Assembly: GCF_047722525.1 (NCBI RefSeq)
Contig: NZ_JBDNYY010000011.1
Span: 6,019-70,018, forward strand
Source of the DNA: Gluconobacter sp.
GTDB taxonomy: Bacteria; Pseudomonadota; Alphaproteobacteria; Acetobacterales; Acetobacteraceae
DNA length: 64,000 nucleotides
Direction of reading: 5' to 3'
In this document: one piece after another, positions 36,777 through 46,007 of the stretch
Position numbering within the stretch: position 1 is the first letter of the stretch
Layout: each line of letters opens with the position of its first letter
Program-made: the position numbers and the translations under genes
The notes under the pieces: generated by a model
Seen by the model: the letters and a program-made list of their open reading frames with translations, nothing else
What the model was told of the DNA's origin: nothing
The model's database searches: none

Positions 36777-39338
36777 ATGTTTGTCTGGAAATACTTGGGT
36801 CGCTCTGTCTCTTTGAGTGCGGCATGTCTTTTGACGACATCGCTTTGTCATTCCGCCTTTGCTCAGGGCAGGGACGTGGCCGCATCGTCAGGGAAAAAGA
36901 CTGTTCATGCGGCTCATCCCGCCGCCCTGCCAGCTCGTTCCGTCAAAAAAACAGACAGAAAGGGAGTGACGCAGGTCCGGGCGACGGAGACGGAAAGCAT
37001 TGCGGTTCGTGGGACTTCCGTGCCGGGATCGAGCGTGTTTTCGTCCTCCACGCGGGAACACAGTACGGTACAGGTTTTCCGGTATTCTTCACAGCAGCTC
37101 AAGGAAACCGGACAGACCAACATTCTGGCGGCCCTGTCCCAGCTTTCCGCAGCCGTGACGTCGTCTCCCTTCGGCGGTATGGGCAGCAACGGCTTCAACA
37201 AGACGATGCAGCTTCGAAATCTTGGCGCTGACCAGACCCTGATGCTCGTCAATGGCAAGCGCCGCCATGTGGATGCGAACTTCAACTATTATCAGGCCGG
37301 CCCGAACTATGGCACGGATCCGGCTGATCTGTCCCTGATTCCGGTCAGTGCCATCGATCATGTCGAGATCATCACCGAAGGTGCGAGCGCCCTGTATGGA
37401 CAGGATGCCGAAGCCGGTGCCGTCAATATCGTTCTGAAGAAGGACAGCAAGGGCGGCTCGATCAATCTCCAGAACAGCGGTTTCTATGCCGGAGATGGGC
37501 AGTCCTTCGATGGCAATGCCGATTACGGGTTCGCTCTCGGGCATCGTGGCGGTTACCTGAACGTTGCGGCGCAGATCAACAACCAGCTCTCCACCAACCG
37601 TTCCGGCGACTATCCGTCCAACCTTTATTTTGCGGGTGATCCACGCAACGAGACCGCCAGTAAGGACGTTCAGCGCCTGGCTGGAAATATCCGGATGCTG
37701 CTGGAAACGGCCAGTGTGAACATGGCCTATCCCGTGACGGACAACTGGGAGGTTTATAATACCTCCACCTTCGCCCACAAGGACATCATTGCGCCCGAAA
37801 CCTATCGTGCGCCTTCAAACGATAACGTGGTGAGAGCACTCCATCCCAACGGAATGGAGCCGATGTGGCATGCCGAGGAATGGGATTTTCAGGTTAATAA
37901 CGGAATCCGCGCGCACAGTTTCCTGGGTATGCAGTGGGACTTTTTCGTCAATTATGGTCGTAATCAGCAGATCAACCATATTGTCGATACGGACAATCCC
38001 ACGCTGGGGCTTGCAAGCCCTACGAGCTTCTATACGGGCCAGTTCGTTTCGACTGAACTGGACGCCGGATTCAACAGTACTAAGATTATCAAGACGTCTT
38101 TCCTGCCGCGTCCAGTCAATCTGAGCTACGGTTTCGATTATCGTTTCGATACTTATCAGGTCGGCAAAGGTGATGCCGCATCTGTGGAAAACGGCGGGGT
38201 TCCCATTCTTGACGGTCCGAACGCCGGGAAGATGGCGTCCGCAGGAGCTGTGGACAAGTTCGGGATTCCCGCAGCCGCCGGGAGCATCCTCAACCGGGGT
38301 ATTTTCGACGGGCATGTCAATCTTGATTTCTATGTGACGCCCAAATGGGAATGGACGCTTGGGGGGCATGCGGTCAGTTATGACGATCTGGGAGTTCATC
38401 CCACGGGATCGATCGGAACGCGGTATAACGTGAGCAAGAATCTGGCGTTCCGTGGAAACGTCAATACGGGATATCGTGCGCCGACGCTCGCGGAAGAAGG
38501 CTTCTTTGCTGAAACGACATTCCCGACCTATCGGACGGCCCAGTTGCCGGTGAATTCGAACTGGGCCAAGGTTCTGGGGGCAACGCCTCTGCGGGGTGAG
38601 CAGTCGCGCAGCTACAGCATCGGCGTTGATGCAACGCTGCTGCCAAACTGGACCCTGACGGCAAATCTTTACAGGATTTCCATCAACGACCGTCTGTATA
38701 ACAGCACCCAGTTCGGCGGGACGGAGGTGGAGAGCCTGCTGTCTGCCGCGGGACTCCCTAATGTGCTTTATGCCGCTTATTACGGAAATCCGGTCAATAC
38801 GGTCACGAATGGCGGGGACGTGACGACGGCCTATCATCTGAAGACACAGCATCTCGGGGATTTTGATTTCCGCTTCTCCCTCAACATCGCCGATAGCGAG
38901 ATCTCGCATCACAATGCAACGCCCAGCACCCTTCAGCAGCTTGGCCTGTCGTCATTCAACCGGACGAATGCGGAATACCTTCTGCATTCATCTCCCAAGA
39001 ATATCGAAAACCTGACTGTTGTCTGGCATCGGGGACCATTTTCTGCACGTGTGCAGGAGCAGCGTTATGGATCCTACACGTGGGTCGCTGCTCCTTCGCT
39101 GACACAGGCGCAGTGGACTTACGCCAAGCCGTCCTACATCACCAATCTTGAACTCGGGTATGATATTACGCGACGCTGGCATATCGCTGGAGGTGCTTTC
39201 AACCTCGGGAATCACTACCCCGGGCGGGCGAATGCGGCATCCAGGGCAGCGCTTCAGAATGCGTTTCTCCGTCCCAATAATTCGCCATACGGTTTCAGCG
39301 GCGGTATGTATTATGTCAAAACGGCCTTTCAGTTCTGA
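36777..39338 (+). CDS. TonB-dependent outer-membrane receptor (paralogue of 56241-58754)
   Basis: ATG 36777 gives the signal MFVWKYLGRSVSLSAACLLTTSLCHSAFA; the track start is GTG 36771. The plug is MQLRNLGADQTLMLVNGKRRH and IPVSAIDHVEIITEGASALYGQDA. The C-terminus is GGMYYVKTAFQF. Confidence 0.9.
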   Translation: MFVWKYLGRSVSLSAACLLTTSLCHSAFAQGRDVAASSGKKTVHAAHPAALPARSVKKTDRKGVTQVRATETESIAVRGTSVPGSSVFSSSTREHSTVQVFRYSSQQLKETGQTNILAALSQLSAAVTSSPFGGMGSNGFNKTMQLRNLGADQTLMLVNGKRRHVDANFNYYQAGPNYGTDPADLSLIPVSAIDHVEIITEGASALYGQDAEAGAVNIVLKKDSKGGSINLQNSGFYAGDGQSFDGNADYGFALGHRGGYLNVAAQINNQLSTNRSGDYPSNLYFAGDPRNETASKDVQRLAGNIRMLLETASVNMAYPVTDNWEVYNTSTFAHKDIIAPETYRAPSNDNVVRALHPNGMEPMWHAEEWDFQVNNGIRAHSFLGMQWDFFVNYGRNQQINHIVDTDNPTLGLASPTSFYTGQFVSTELDAGFNSTKIIKTSFLPRPVNLSYGFDYRFDTYQVGKGDAASVENGGVPILDGPNAGKMASAGAVDKFGIPAAAGSILNRGIFDGHVNLDFYVTPKWEWTLGGHAVSYDDLGVHPTGSIGTRYNVSKNLAFRGNVNTGYRAPTLAEEGFFAETTFPTYRTAQLPVNSNWAKVLGATPLRGEQSRSYSIGVDATLLPNWTLTANLYRISINDRLYNSTQFGGTEVESLLSAAGLPNVLYAAYYGNPVNTVTNGGDVTTAYHLKTQHLGDFDFRFSLNIADSEISHHNATPSTLQQLGLSSFNRTNAEYLLHSSPKNIENLTVVWHRGPFSARVQEQRYGSYTWVAAPSLTQAQWTYAKPSYITNLELGYDITRRWHIAGGAFNLGNHYPGRANAASRAALQNAFLRPNNSPYGFSGGMYYVKTAFQF

Positions 39339-39380
39339 TTACCTGACCTGAAGCTGGAAGGTGTTTCTGCCAGCTTTGCG

Positions 39381-39414
39381 ATATCCTGCCGGTCCCGGCA
39401 GGATATTTTTGTTT
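39381..39414 (+). terminator. Rho-independent terminator
   Basis: ATATCCTGCCG-gtcc-CGGCAGGATAT forms an 11-bp perfect stem, followed by TTTTTGTTT. It lies 43 nt after the receptor stop. Confidence 0.8.
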
Positions 39415-39514
39415 CGGCCGATTGGTTCTTCGGGTCCTGTTCCGGTATCGTAAGGTGTCCCGCGTGAAAGGGGAACGTGCGTCCGGTGGGCCGTAAGGGA
39501 AGGCAGACATATCG

Positions 39515-40405
39515 ATGGTAGATTTCAAGTCTCTCGAAACAGTTCTGTGGATCGAGCGGCTGGGGAGTTTCCGGGCCGCGGCGGATGCCCTGCGTATGAC
39601 GCAGCCTGCTGTTTCGGTCCGGATTTCGCATATGGAAGCGCTTCTGGGGGCCAGTCTCTTTCATCGTGCTCCCAAGTCGGTGACGCTGACGCCGGTCGGG
39701 ATGACGGTTGTGCAGTATGCGCGCCAGATTCTTGATCTGCGCGACGAGATGATTCAGACCGTCAAGGGACATCAGGATGCCACCGGTATCCTGCGGATCG
39801 GAGCGATCGAGACCATTTCCCAGACCTGGATTTCTGATCTGCTGATCGAGATCCGTCAGAAATATCCCAACCTGACAGTGGATCTGGAAATCTCGGTTTC
39901 GGATGAAATCTCCCGGAAAATCATCAAGGGCATGCTGGATGTCGGCTTTTTTCTGGGACCGGTCAATTCACCCAGGCTGATCGAGACCGACCTGTGCAAT
40001 TATGAGACGGCGATGGTCGGGAGGGAACATTTCGCCCTGCCGAGCAATGGAAAGCTTGATCTGGGGCAGGCCCCCTCGATCTCCATCATGACCCTGTCGC
40101 GCAACACCATTCCTCATTCGGCGCTCCGGAATTTTCTGGCCCGCGAAGGCATCGTCCATCATCGGGTGGATACGATGAGTTCCCTGCCTTCCATTCTGGC
40201 GCTCACGCTGGGAGGGCAGGGACTGGCGCTTCTGCCTTATGCGGTGATGAGGGACTATCTCGCCAGTGGAAAACTACAGGTTTTTGATACGGGGATGAAG
40301 CTGCCGCTTCTGCGCTGTGTGGCAGGTCGCCTGATCAGCCATGGCTCGGCAATTGTTGAGGACGTGGTGTCGATTGCCGAGCGGGTTGCGGCCAGCGCTC
40401 CCTGA
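39515..40405 (+). CDS. LysR-family transcriptional regulator
   Basis: The HTH is LETVLWIERLGSFRAAADALRMTQPAVSVRISHMEALLG. The protein is 296 aa. Confidence 0.9.
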   Translation: MVDFKSLETVLWIERLGSFRAAADALRMTQPAVSVRISHMEALLGASLFHRAPKSVTLTPVGMTVVQYARQILDLRDEMIQTVKGHQDATGILRIGAIETISQTWISDLLIEIRQKYPNLTVDLEISVSDEISRKIIKGMLDVGFFLGPVNSPRLIETDLCNYETAMVGREHFALPSNGKLDLGQAPSISIMTLSRNTIPHSALRNFLAREGIVHHRVDTMSSLPSILALTLGGQGLALLPYAVMRDYLASGKLQVFDTGMKLPLLRCVAGRLISHGSAIVEDVVSIAERVAASAP

Positions 40406-40407
40406 GA

Positions 40408-41694
40408 TCAGGATGGAGCGAGCGCCTCGCGTCTGCGCGGCGACAGTGTGTAGAGTGTTGTAAAGGCCCCCAGACAGGCGCAGCCTGAGACGAGGAAGAG
40501 GCCGGAAAGCGGGGAATGAAAATAATCCCGCATCCATCCGATCCCATACGGACCGACAAGGCCGCCCAGGGCTCCGAGGCTGTTGATCCAGGCGAGCCCG
40601 GTTGCCAGTGTTCGTCTTTCGAGAACATGAGGCGTCACAGTGAAGATCATGCTCGTGACACAGAGCGCGGCTGCCAGTGCGATGGTGAGGAAAATCAACG
40701 CTGCGGCACCGTGGGATTGAAAAACGAATGTCAGGACCAGACAGACGGCCACGGTCAGGAAAGGAACAGCCAGATGCCAGCGGCGTTCGTTCCATCGGTC
40801 GGAACTGCGGGCATTGAGGACCATCGTGACGGCAGCGACGGCAAAGGGAACGGCCGTATAAAATCCGATCCTGCCGGGGGGCGGAGCCATGACCTGTTCG
40901 ATGAAGGTCGGAACCCAGAAGACGATCCCGTAATTGCAGACGGCCTGACAGAAACACATGACGACAAGAAGCATGACTTCGGGCTGTCCGAGTGCGGTGA
41001 AGGCGGATGTTGAGCCGGGTATGGGGAGACCGCTGTCCGGCAGTCTGGTCAGGATGGCATGTCTTGTGGAGGCATCCAGCCAGGAAGCCGACGCCGGTCC
41101 GTCGTCGAGGCGTGCCAGAACGGCCAGTCCCAGCAGGAATGGTGGAAAGGCCTCGATCAGGATCATCCATTTCCAGGCGGGAATGGATATGAAATGATCA
41201 CAGGCGCCGAGCAGATAGGTGGAGACCGGGCCCCCTATGGCGCCAGAAAGTGGAATGGCGATCAGGAAGCCGGTTGTGACGCGTGCGCGTATCGAGTCAG
41301 GGAACCAGAGAGCGAGATAATACAGCACTGCCGGATAGAAGCCTGCTTCTGCGGCACCCAGCAGGATGCGCAGCGTACAGAACTCCCAGGCCGAGCTGAT
41401 CCCGATGAAGAGAAAGGAAATCAGACTCCACGCAATCATGATCCCGGCGATGGTGCGCCGTGGACCCAGTTTTTCCAGAACCAGCGCGGAAGGAACCTGG
41501 AAAATGATGTATCCGACGAAAAAAAGCCCTGCTCCCAGTCCGAAAGTGGTGTCGGAGAACTGGAGATCGTGTTCCATGGCCCTGCGGGCGAAACTGAGGT
41601 TGATACGATCCAGATAGGAAAACATGTAGCAGACGACCAGCAGAGGGATGATGCGCCGGGCTGCCGTACGGAAGAGATTCTGGTCAGAGGGCAT
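40408..41694 (-). CDS. MFS transporter, anion:cation symporter (tartrate/hexuronate/ACS) type
   Basis: 428 aa with 12 predicted spans. The N-terminus IPLLVVCYMFSYLDRINLSFA is typical of ACS-family MFS carriers. Confidence 0.85.
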   Translation of the reverse strand: MPSDQNLFRTAARRIIPLLVVCYMFSYLDRINLSFARRAMEHDLQFSDTTFGLGAGLFFVGYIIFQVPSALVLEKLGPRRTIAGIMIAWSLISFLFIGISSAWEFCTLRILLGAAEAGFYPAVLYYLALWFPDSIRARVTTGFLIAIPLSGAIGGPVSTYLLGACDHFISIPAWKWMILIEAFPPFLLGLAVLARLDDGPASASWLDASTRHAILTRLPDSGLPIPGSTSAFTALGQPEVMLLVVMCFCQAVCNYGIVFWVPTFIEQVMAPPPGRIGFYTAVPFAVAAVTMVLNARSSDRWNERRWHLAVPFLTVAVCLVLTFVFQSHGAAALIFLTIALAAALCVTSMIFTVTPHVLERRTLATGLAWINSLGALGGLVGPYGIGWMRDYFHSPLSGLFLVSGCACLGAFTTLYTLSPRRREALAPS

Positions 41695-41730
41695 GCACGC
41701 ATCCTGAGCGGTTGGGAACGGGGAAAGAAA

Positions 41731-42570
41731 TTATATTATTTCCCCGGAATATTCTTCTGTCAGATTCTTATAATCCGGAATCGGAATATCCGTCACGAGC
41801 ATGGCGCCGGGGGCATGCGTAATGGCGAAGGGAAGGCAGCTTGCTTCCAGCACGGCCTGAGGCGTGACCCCGCAGGCCCAGAAGGCGGGCAGTTCATGAG
41901 GCCGGATTTCGGTTGGAGTGCCGTAATCCGGCTGGTGGATGTCGGTGATACCGATGTCTTCGGGGAAGCCGATCTGGATGGGGCCCCCATGCGCCAGTGG
42001 AATGCGGGAGCTGATTTCCGTGGCCTTGATGAGGTCTCTGGAGCGGAAGGGCCGCATCGAGACGACGACGGGACCCGAAAAGGGGCCGACGGGAGTACAG
42101 GCGATGTTCGTCCGGTACATGGAGACGCCCAGACCGGTCTCGAAGTGCCGCAGGGGGACGTGGCAGGCCATGAAGGCATTTTCGAAGGAAAAGGAACACC
42201 CCAGGGCAAAGACGACCAGATCGTCCTGCCAGCAGGAGACGATATCCGTTACTTCATCCGTCAATACGCCGTCTCGCCAGATCCGGTACAGTGGAAGGTC
42301 TGTTCTGATGTCGAGATTGCGACCCAGCGCCGCAGTATCGAATTCGCCGGGTTTCGATGTGCCGACAATCGGACACGGCTTGGGGTTGAGGCGACAGAAT
42401 TCTGCGAAATCCCGGGCGTAGGCCTTCGGAAGAATGACCAGATTGGCCTGAATGAAGCCCGCTGCCATCCCTGCCGTGACAGTGCCGGCGCTGTTGGAAC
42501 GGCACAGCGCACGGACCTCCTCGGGAGAGGAATGGAAAAAGGGAGGGACAGACAGAGAGGGCTCGGACAT
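41731..42570 (-). CDS. Putative hydro-lyase, UPF0317 / DUF1445 family (D-glutamate-cyclase-like domain)
   Basis: 279 aa. [55 protein letters not shown] and [11 protein letters not shown] match my memory of UPF0317 proteins closely. Confidence 0.8.
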   Translation of the reverse strand: MSEPSLSVPPFFHSSPEEVRALCRSNSAGTVTAGMAAGFIQANLVILPKAYARDFAEFCRLNPKPCPIVGTSKPGEFDTAALGRNLDIRTDLPLYRIWRDGVLTDEVTDIVSCWQDDLVVFALGCSFSFENAFMACHVPLRHFETGLGVSMYRTNIACTPVGPFSGPVVVSMRPFRSRDLIKATEISSRIPLAHGGPIQIGFPEDIGITDIHQPDYGTPTEIRPHELPAFWACGVTPQAVLEASCLPFAITHAPGAMLVTDIPIPDYKNLTEEYSGEII

Positions 42571-42842
42571 TGTTTGCTTCCTTTTCCGCAGATGACGGGG
42601 CAGATGCTGCGCAGTGGTTCCGGAAGGCTAACAGTCGTTCCGTTCAGTATTCAAATCATTAAAATAAATGTGGCTGTATAAATATCCGTTATGGACGGTT
42701 TTTATGCTCAAATCTTTTGACGGGGCTGCACCAGGATGTTCAGAGTGGCCGCTCCGGGATGGAACATCTCCGCTTTTGGATCTTGTATGCATATAGAAAC
42801 AAATGGGTTTTCGGGCTCACCTGAGGCCGGATCTTTCGCAGC

Positions 42843-44099
42843 ATGACGGCATCACCTGTCCGGCTTGCTCTGGGAAGTGCGATCGGCACCACGTTCGAAT
42901 GGTATGATTTCATGGTTTACAACACGCTGGCGGCGCTCGTGTTCAACCATGTCTTTTTCCCGCAGGCGCTTCCCTGGATGGGAACGCTTCTGGCATTTTC
43001 GACCTATGCTGTCGGGTATGTTTCAAGGCCGCTGGGGAGTGTGATCTTCGGCTGGCTTGGGGACCGGACCGGTCGCCGCCATGTCCTGATGCTGACGCTG
43101 GCGCTGATGGGTCTGACAACGGGGCTGATTGCCCTGTTGCCCGGCTATGCCCGGCTTGGCGCGATCAGTCCTGTCATCCTTGTGCTGCTGCGGTTTTTTC
43201 AGGGGATCGCTCTTGGTGGTGAATGGGCCGGAGCGCTTCTGCTGACTGCGGAACAGAATACGGAAACGGCCATGGGCATGGGGGCGACGTGGTCCCAGCT
43301 TGGTCCCGGCCTTGGAACGGTCCTTTCGGCAGGGGTGATCTGGGGTGTGACCCGGTCCATGGATCCCGTGTCGTTTCAGGAATGGGGGTGGCGCATTCCG
43401 CTGTTTCTGAGCCTCCTTCTGCTGGCGGTGGGATGGTTTGTCAGATCTTCCCTTTCCGAAACGCCGCAGTTTGCCGAAAGACAGGCCCGGGGCGAAGTCC
43501 TTGCCAATCCGGTCGGGCAGGTTCTGCGCCATCATGGCCGTTCCCTGCTGATTGCCGCCAGTACCCGGCTCGGGCCGGATGTTCTCTATGCGCTTCTGAC
43601 CGTCTTCAGCCTGACATATGTGACCCAGACCGGGGGGCAGTCACGGTCCGTGGCCCTGATGGCTGTTCTTGTAGGATCGGCCTGGGGTGTCGTCGTCACA
43701 TTGCTGGCCGGACGGTTCAGTAATGCCTGGGGTGCGAAACGGATTTTTCTCGTGGGGACTGTTGCGGCCCTGCCTGCCGCATTCCTGTTCTTCTGGTTCG
43801 CGGGCACCCATCAGGCGGTGCTGCTCGGGCTGGGGATCTGTCTCGGACTGTCGGTTCATGCTGTCATGTACGCGGTTCAGGGCTCCCTCATCAGTCAGCA
43901 GTTTCCGGTCGAAGTCCGGTATTCCGGGTCCTCGATCGCCTATACATGTGGCAGCCTCGCTGGAGGAGGTGCCTTTGCGCCGCTGATCATGGTGACGCTG
44001 TTCCGGGCCACGCATCTCGAACTGTCCATATCGCTTTATGTCGTTGCCGCTCTCCTGATTTCAGGAACAGGGGCTTTTCTGGCCCGGGAGGCCCGCTGA
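42843..44099 (+). CDS. MFS metabolite:H+ symporter (ProP/KgtP/ShiA-like)
   Basis: 418 aa. GTTFEWYDFMVYNTLAALVF and GWLGDRTGRR are typical of the MHS subfamily. Confidence 0.85.
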   Translation: MTASPVRLALGSAIGTTFEWYDFMVYNTLAALVFNHVFFPQALPWMGTLLAFSTYAVGYVSRPLGSVIFGWLGDRTGRRHVLMLTLALMGLTTGLIALLPGYARLGAISPVILVLLRFFQGIALGGEWAGALLLTAEQNTETAMGMGATWSQLGPGLGTVLSAGVIWGVTRSMDPVSFQEWGWRIPLFLSLLLLAVGWFVRSSLSETPQFAERQARGEVLANPVGQVLRHHGRSLLIAASTRLGPDVLYALLTVFSLTYVTQTGGQSRSVALMAVLVGSAWGVVVTLLAGRFSNAWGAKRIFLVGTVAALPAAFLFFWFAGTHQAVLLGLGICLGLSVHAVMYAVQGSLISQQFPVEVRYSGSSIAYTCGSLAGGGAFAPLIMVTLFRATHLELSISLYVVAALLISGTGAFLAREAR

Positions 44100-44154
44100 A
44101 TATGCCTGCCCCGGCGCCTGATTTTTCTCATTACTTCAGCAGGAACGTAAAATA

Positions 44155-44808
44155 ATGGATATTCTTTATCCTGATCTGACAACGGTCAGGGAGATCATTG
44201 TCGCAGGGTGGGCTGGGCGTGATGCCGAAGATGTAAAACATCACATCGACGAACTGGCAGCGCTGGGCGTGTCCCCCCCTTCGGCCGTTCCGCTGTTTTA
44301 CAGGGTGGGTCATGAAACCCTGAGTACCTCGTCCGTGATCGATGTGCTTGGCGGGCAGACCTCAGGCGAGGTCGAACCCGTCCTGCTCTGGACAGAGAAC
44401 GGACTTCTCGTGGGGGTGGGGTCCGATCATACGGACCGTGAGGCCGAGGCTTACAGCATAGCGCTTTCCAAGCAGGTCTGCCCCAAGGTTGCGGGCCTGG
44501 CGTTCTGGCGTTTCGAAGACGTCGCATCCCGCTGGGACCAGCTTGTCCTGCGCTCGTTCACCGCAGGGCGGGAGCCGTATCAGCAGGGGGCTACTGCCTC
44601 TCTGCTCAATCCGCTTGATCTGGTGTCGTGCTGGGAAGAGCGGGAGGGCCGGATATTCGGTGCCGGCTGCATGATGTTCTGCGGAACCGTTCCCACACTG
44701 AATGGCATTGCTCCGGCAGAGAGTCTGACTGTCGAACTGCATGACCCGCAGACAGGGAGTTCTCTGTCGCATCACTATGTGGTCCGGGAACTCCCTGTGG
44801 TCGTGTGA
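44155..44808 (+). CDS. DUF2848-like protein
   Basis: 217 aa. IVAGWAGRDAEDVKHHIDELAALGVSPPSAVPLFYRV and GVGSDHTDREAE resemble DUF2848 as I remember it. The name needs an HMM check. ATG lies about 8 nt after AGGAACG. Confidence 0.6.
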   Translation: MDILYPDLTTVREIIVAGWAGRDAEDVKHHIDELAALGVSPPSAVPLFYRVGHETLSTSSVIDVLGGQTSGEVEPVLLWTENGLLVGVGSDHTDREAEAYSIALSKQVCPKVAGLAFWRFEDVASRWDQLVLRSFTAGREPYQQGATASLLNPLDLVSCWEEREGRIFGAGCMMFCGTVPTLNGIAPAESLTVELHDPQTGSSLSHHYVVRELPVVV

Positions 44809-45014
44809 TCCCCGGCTTCCGTCACTCGGATCAGGGCTCATGACCGGAACCGGTGCGGGGTTTCCTTCCTGGAAGGAAGGGATTTATCCCTTTCTTCTTC
44901 CGGGCCTCCATTCAAACGATCAGCCTGATTAAAGGGCCGTTTTTGCATGGACAATAGGGACCTGTATGTCATCATCCTGTCAGTTTCGTTCTTTGACCGT
45001 GGAAAACCAGTGAT

Positions 45015-45959
45015 ATGAGCCTGTGTTTCATTACACAAAAGATTCATCCCGATGCCGTAATTTGTCTGAACGATGCGGGGATTAGAACCTGCTATGCCAC
45101 GGCCCCCACGATGGAAGCCGTTATCCGTGAGGTTGGTGATGCCGATGCGGTCATCACACGCGATTTGGGTTTCAGTGAAGAGGCGCTGGATGCCGCACCG
45201 AACCTGAAAATCATTTCCTGTCATGGTTCGGGAACAAACCGGATTGCCAAGGCTGTGGCAGCGGAGCGGGGGGTTCTGGTTACGAATGCTCCCAACACCA
45301 ACAGCCGATCCGTTGCGGAAATGACCATCGGGCTTCTGCTGGCGGTGGTGCGGCGGATCTGCGCGGCGGATCGTGCGGTGCGGGAGGGGAACTGGGAGTT
45401 CCGTTATACGGGTACAGGCATGGAACTGCATACGCGGACGCTCGGGCTGGTGGGGTTCGGAGCCATTGCACGGCATGTCGCGCAGATTGCGGGGCAAGGG
45501 CTGGGCATGCAGGTCATGGCCTGGTCTCCCAGTGTTCCTGCGGATGTTTTTGAGGCTGCGGGCGTGACGCGGGCGGAAAGTCTGGATGATCTTCTGCTTG
45601 CGTCCGATGTCCTTTCCCTGCACCGTCCGGCGCAGGGGAGCGGTCGTCCCACGATTGACGCTTCGGCTCTGTCGCGCCTGAAGCAGGGGGCGATCTTGAT
45701 CAATACCAGTCGTGGTGGGGAAGTGGACGGTCCTGCGCTGGCGGAGGCTCTGGAGGCGGGGCATCTGGGCGGGGCGGGACTGGATGTGATGTCGCCAGAG
45801 CCTCCGCTGCCGGATGATCCGCTGCTTCGCGCTCCGAATGTGGTTCTGACGCCGCATATCGGTGCGACGACGGAACAGGCTCTGCGGCGCATGGCGATGC
45901 TGTGCGCGTCACAGGTTCAGGATGCTCTGGCGGGGCGTGTGCCGCCGCACTGTCTCTGA
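45015..45959 (+). CDS. D-isomer-specific 2-hydroxyacid dehydrogenase (phosphoglycerate-dehydrogenase-like)
   Basis: GLVGFGAIARHVAQIAGQGLGMQV (NAD fold), NTSRGGEVD and TPHIGATT (catalytic Arg/Glu/His context). Confidence 0.85.
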   Translation: MSLCFITQKIHPDAVICLNDAGIRTCYATAPTMEAVIREVGDADAVITRDLGFSEEALDAAPNLKIISCHGSGTNRIAKAVAAERGVLVTNAPNTNSRSVAEMTIGLLLAVVRRICAADRAVREGNWEFRYTGTGMELHTRTLGLVGFGAIARHVAQIAGQGLGMQVMAWSPSVPADVFEAAGVTRAESLDDLLLASDVLSLHRPAQGSGRPTIDASALSRLKQGAILINTSRGGEVDGPALAEALEAGHLGGAGLDVMSPEPPLPDDPLLRAPNVVLTPHIGATTEQALRRMAMLCASQVQDALAGRVPPHCL

Positions 45960-45970
45960 ACGGTTGAGTT

Positions 45971-46000
45971 CCGCGCCCTTCCGTTTTGGGAAGGGCGCGG
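45971..46000. terminator. Bidirectional hairpin between convergent genes (CCGCGCCCTTCC-gttttg-GGAAGGGCGCGG)
   Basis: A perfect 12-bp stem read directly, between the stops at 45959 (+) and 46008 (-). Confidence 0.6.
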
Positions 46001-46007
46001 TGCGGTT

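Noticed and set aside
40274-41170. A 298-aa minus-strand ORF overlapping the MFS gene 40408-41694 on the same strand.
   Set aside because: It is an alternative frame of a clearly hydrophobic 12-span transporter. Its product is Arg/Pro/Ser-rich and crosses the transporter stop codon. It is not a plausible gene.
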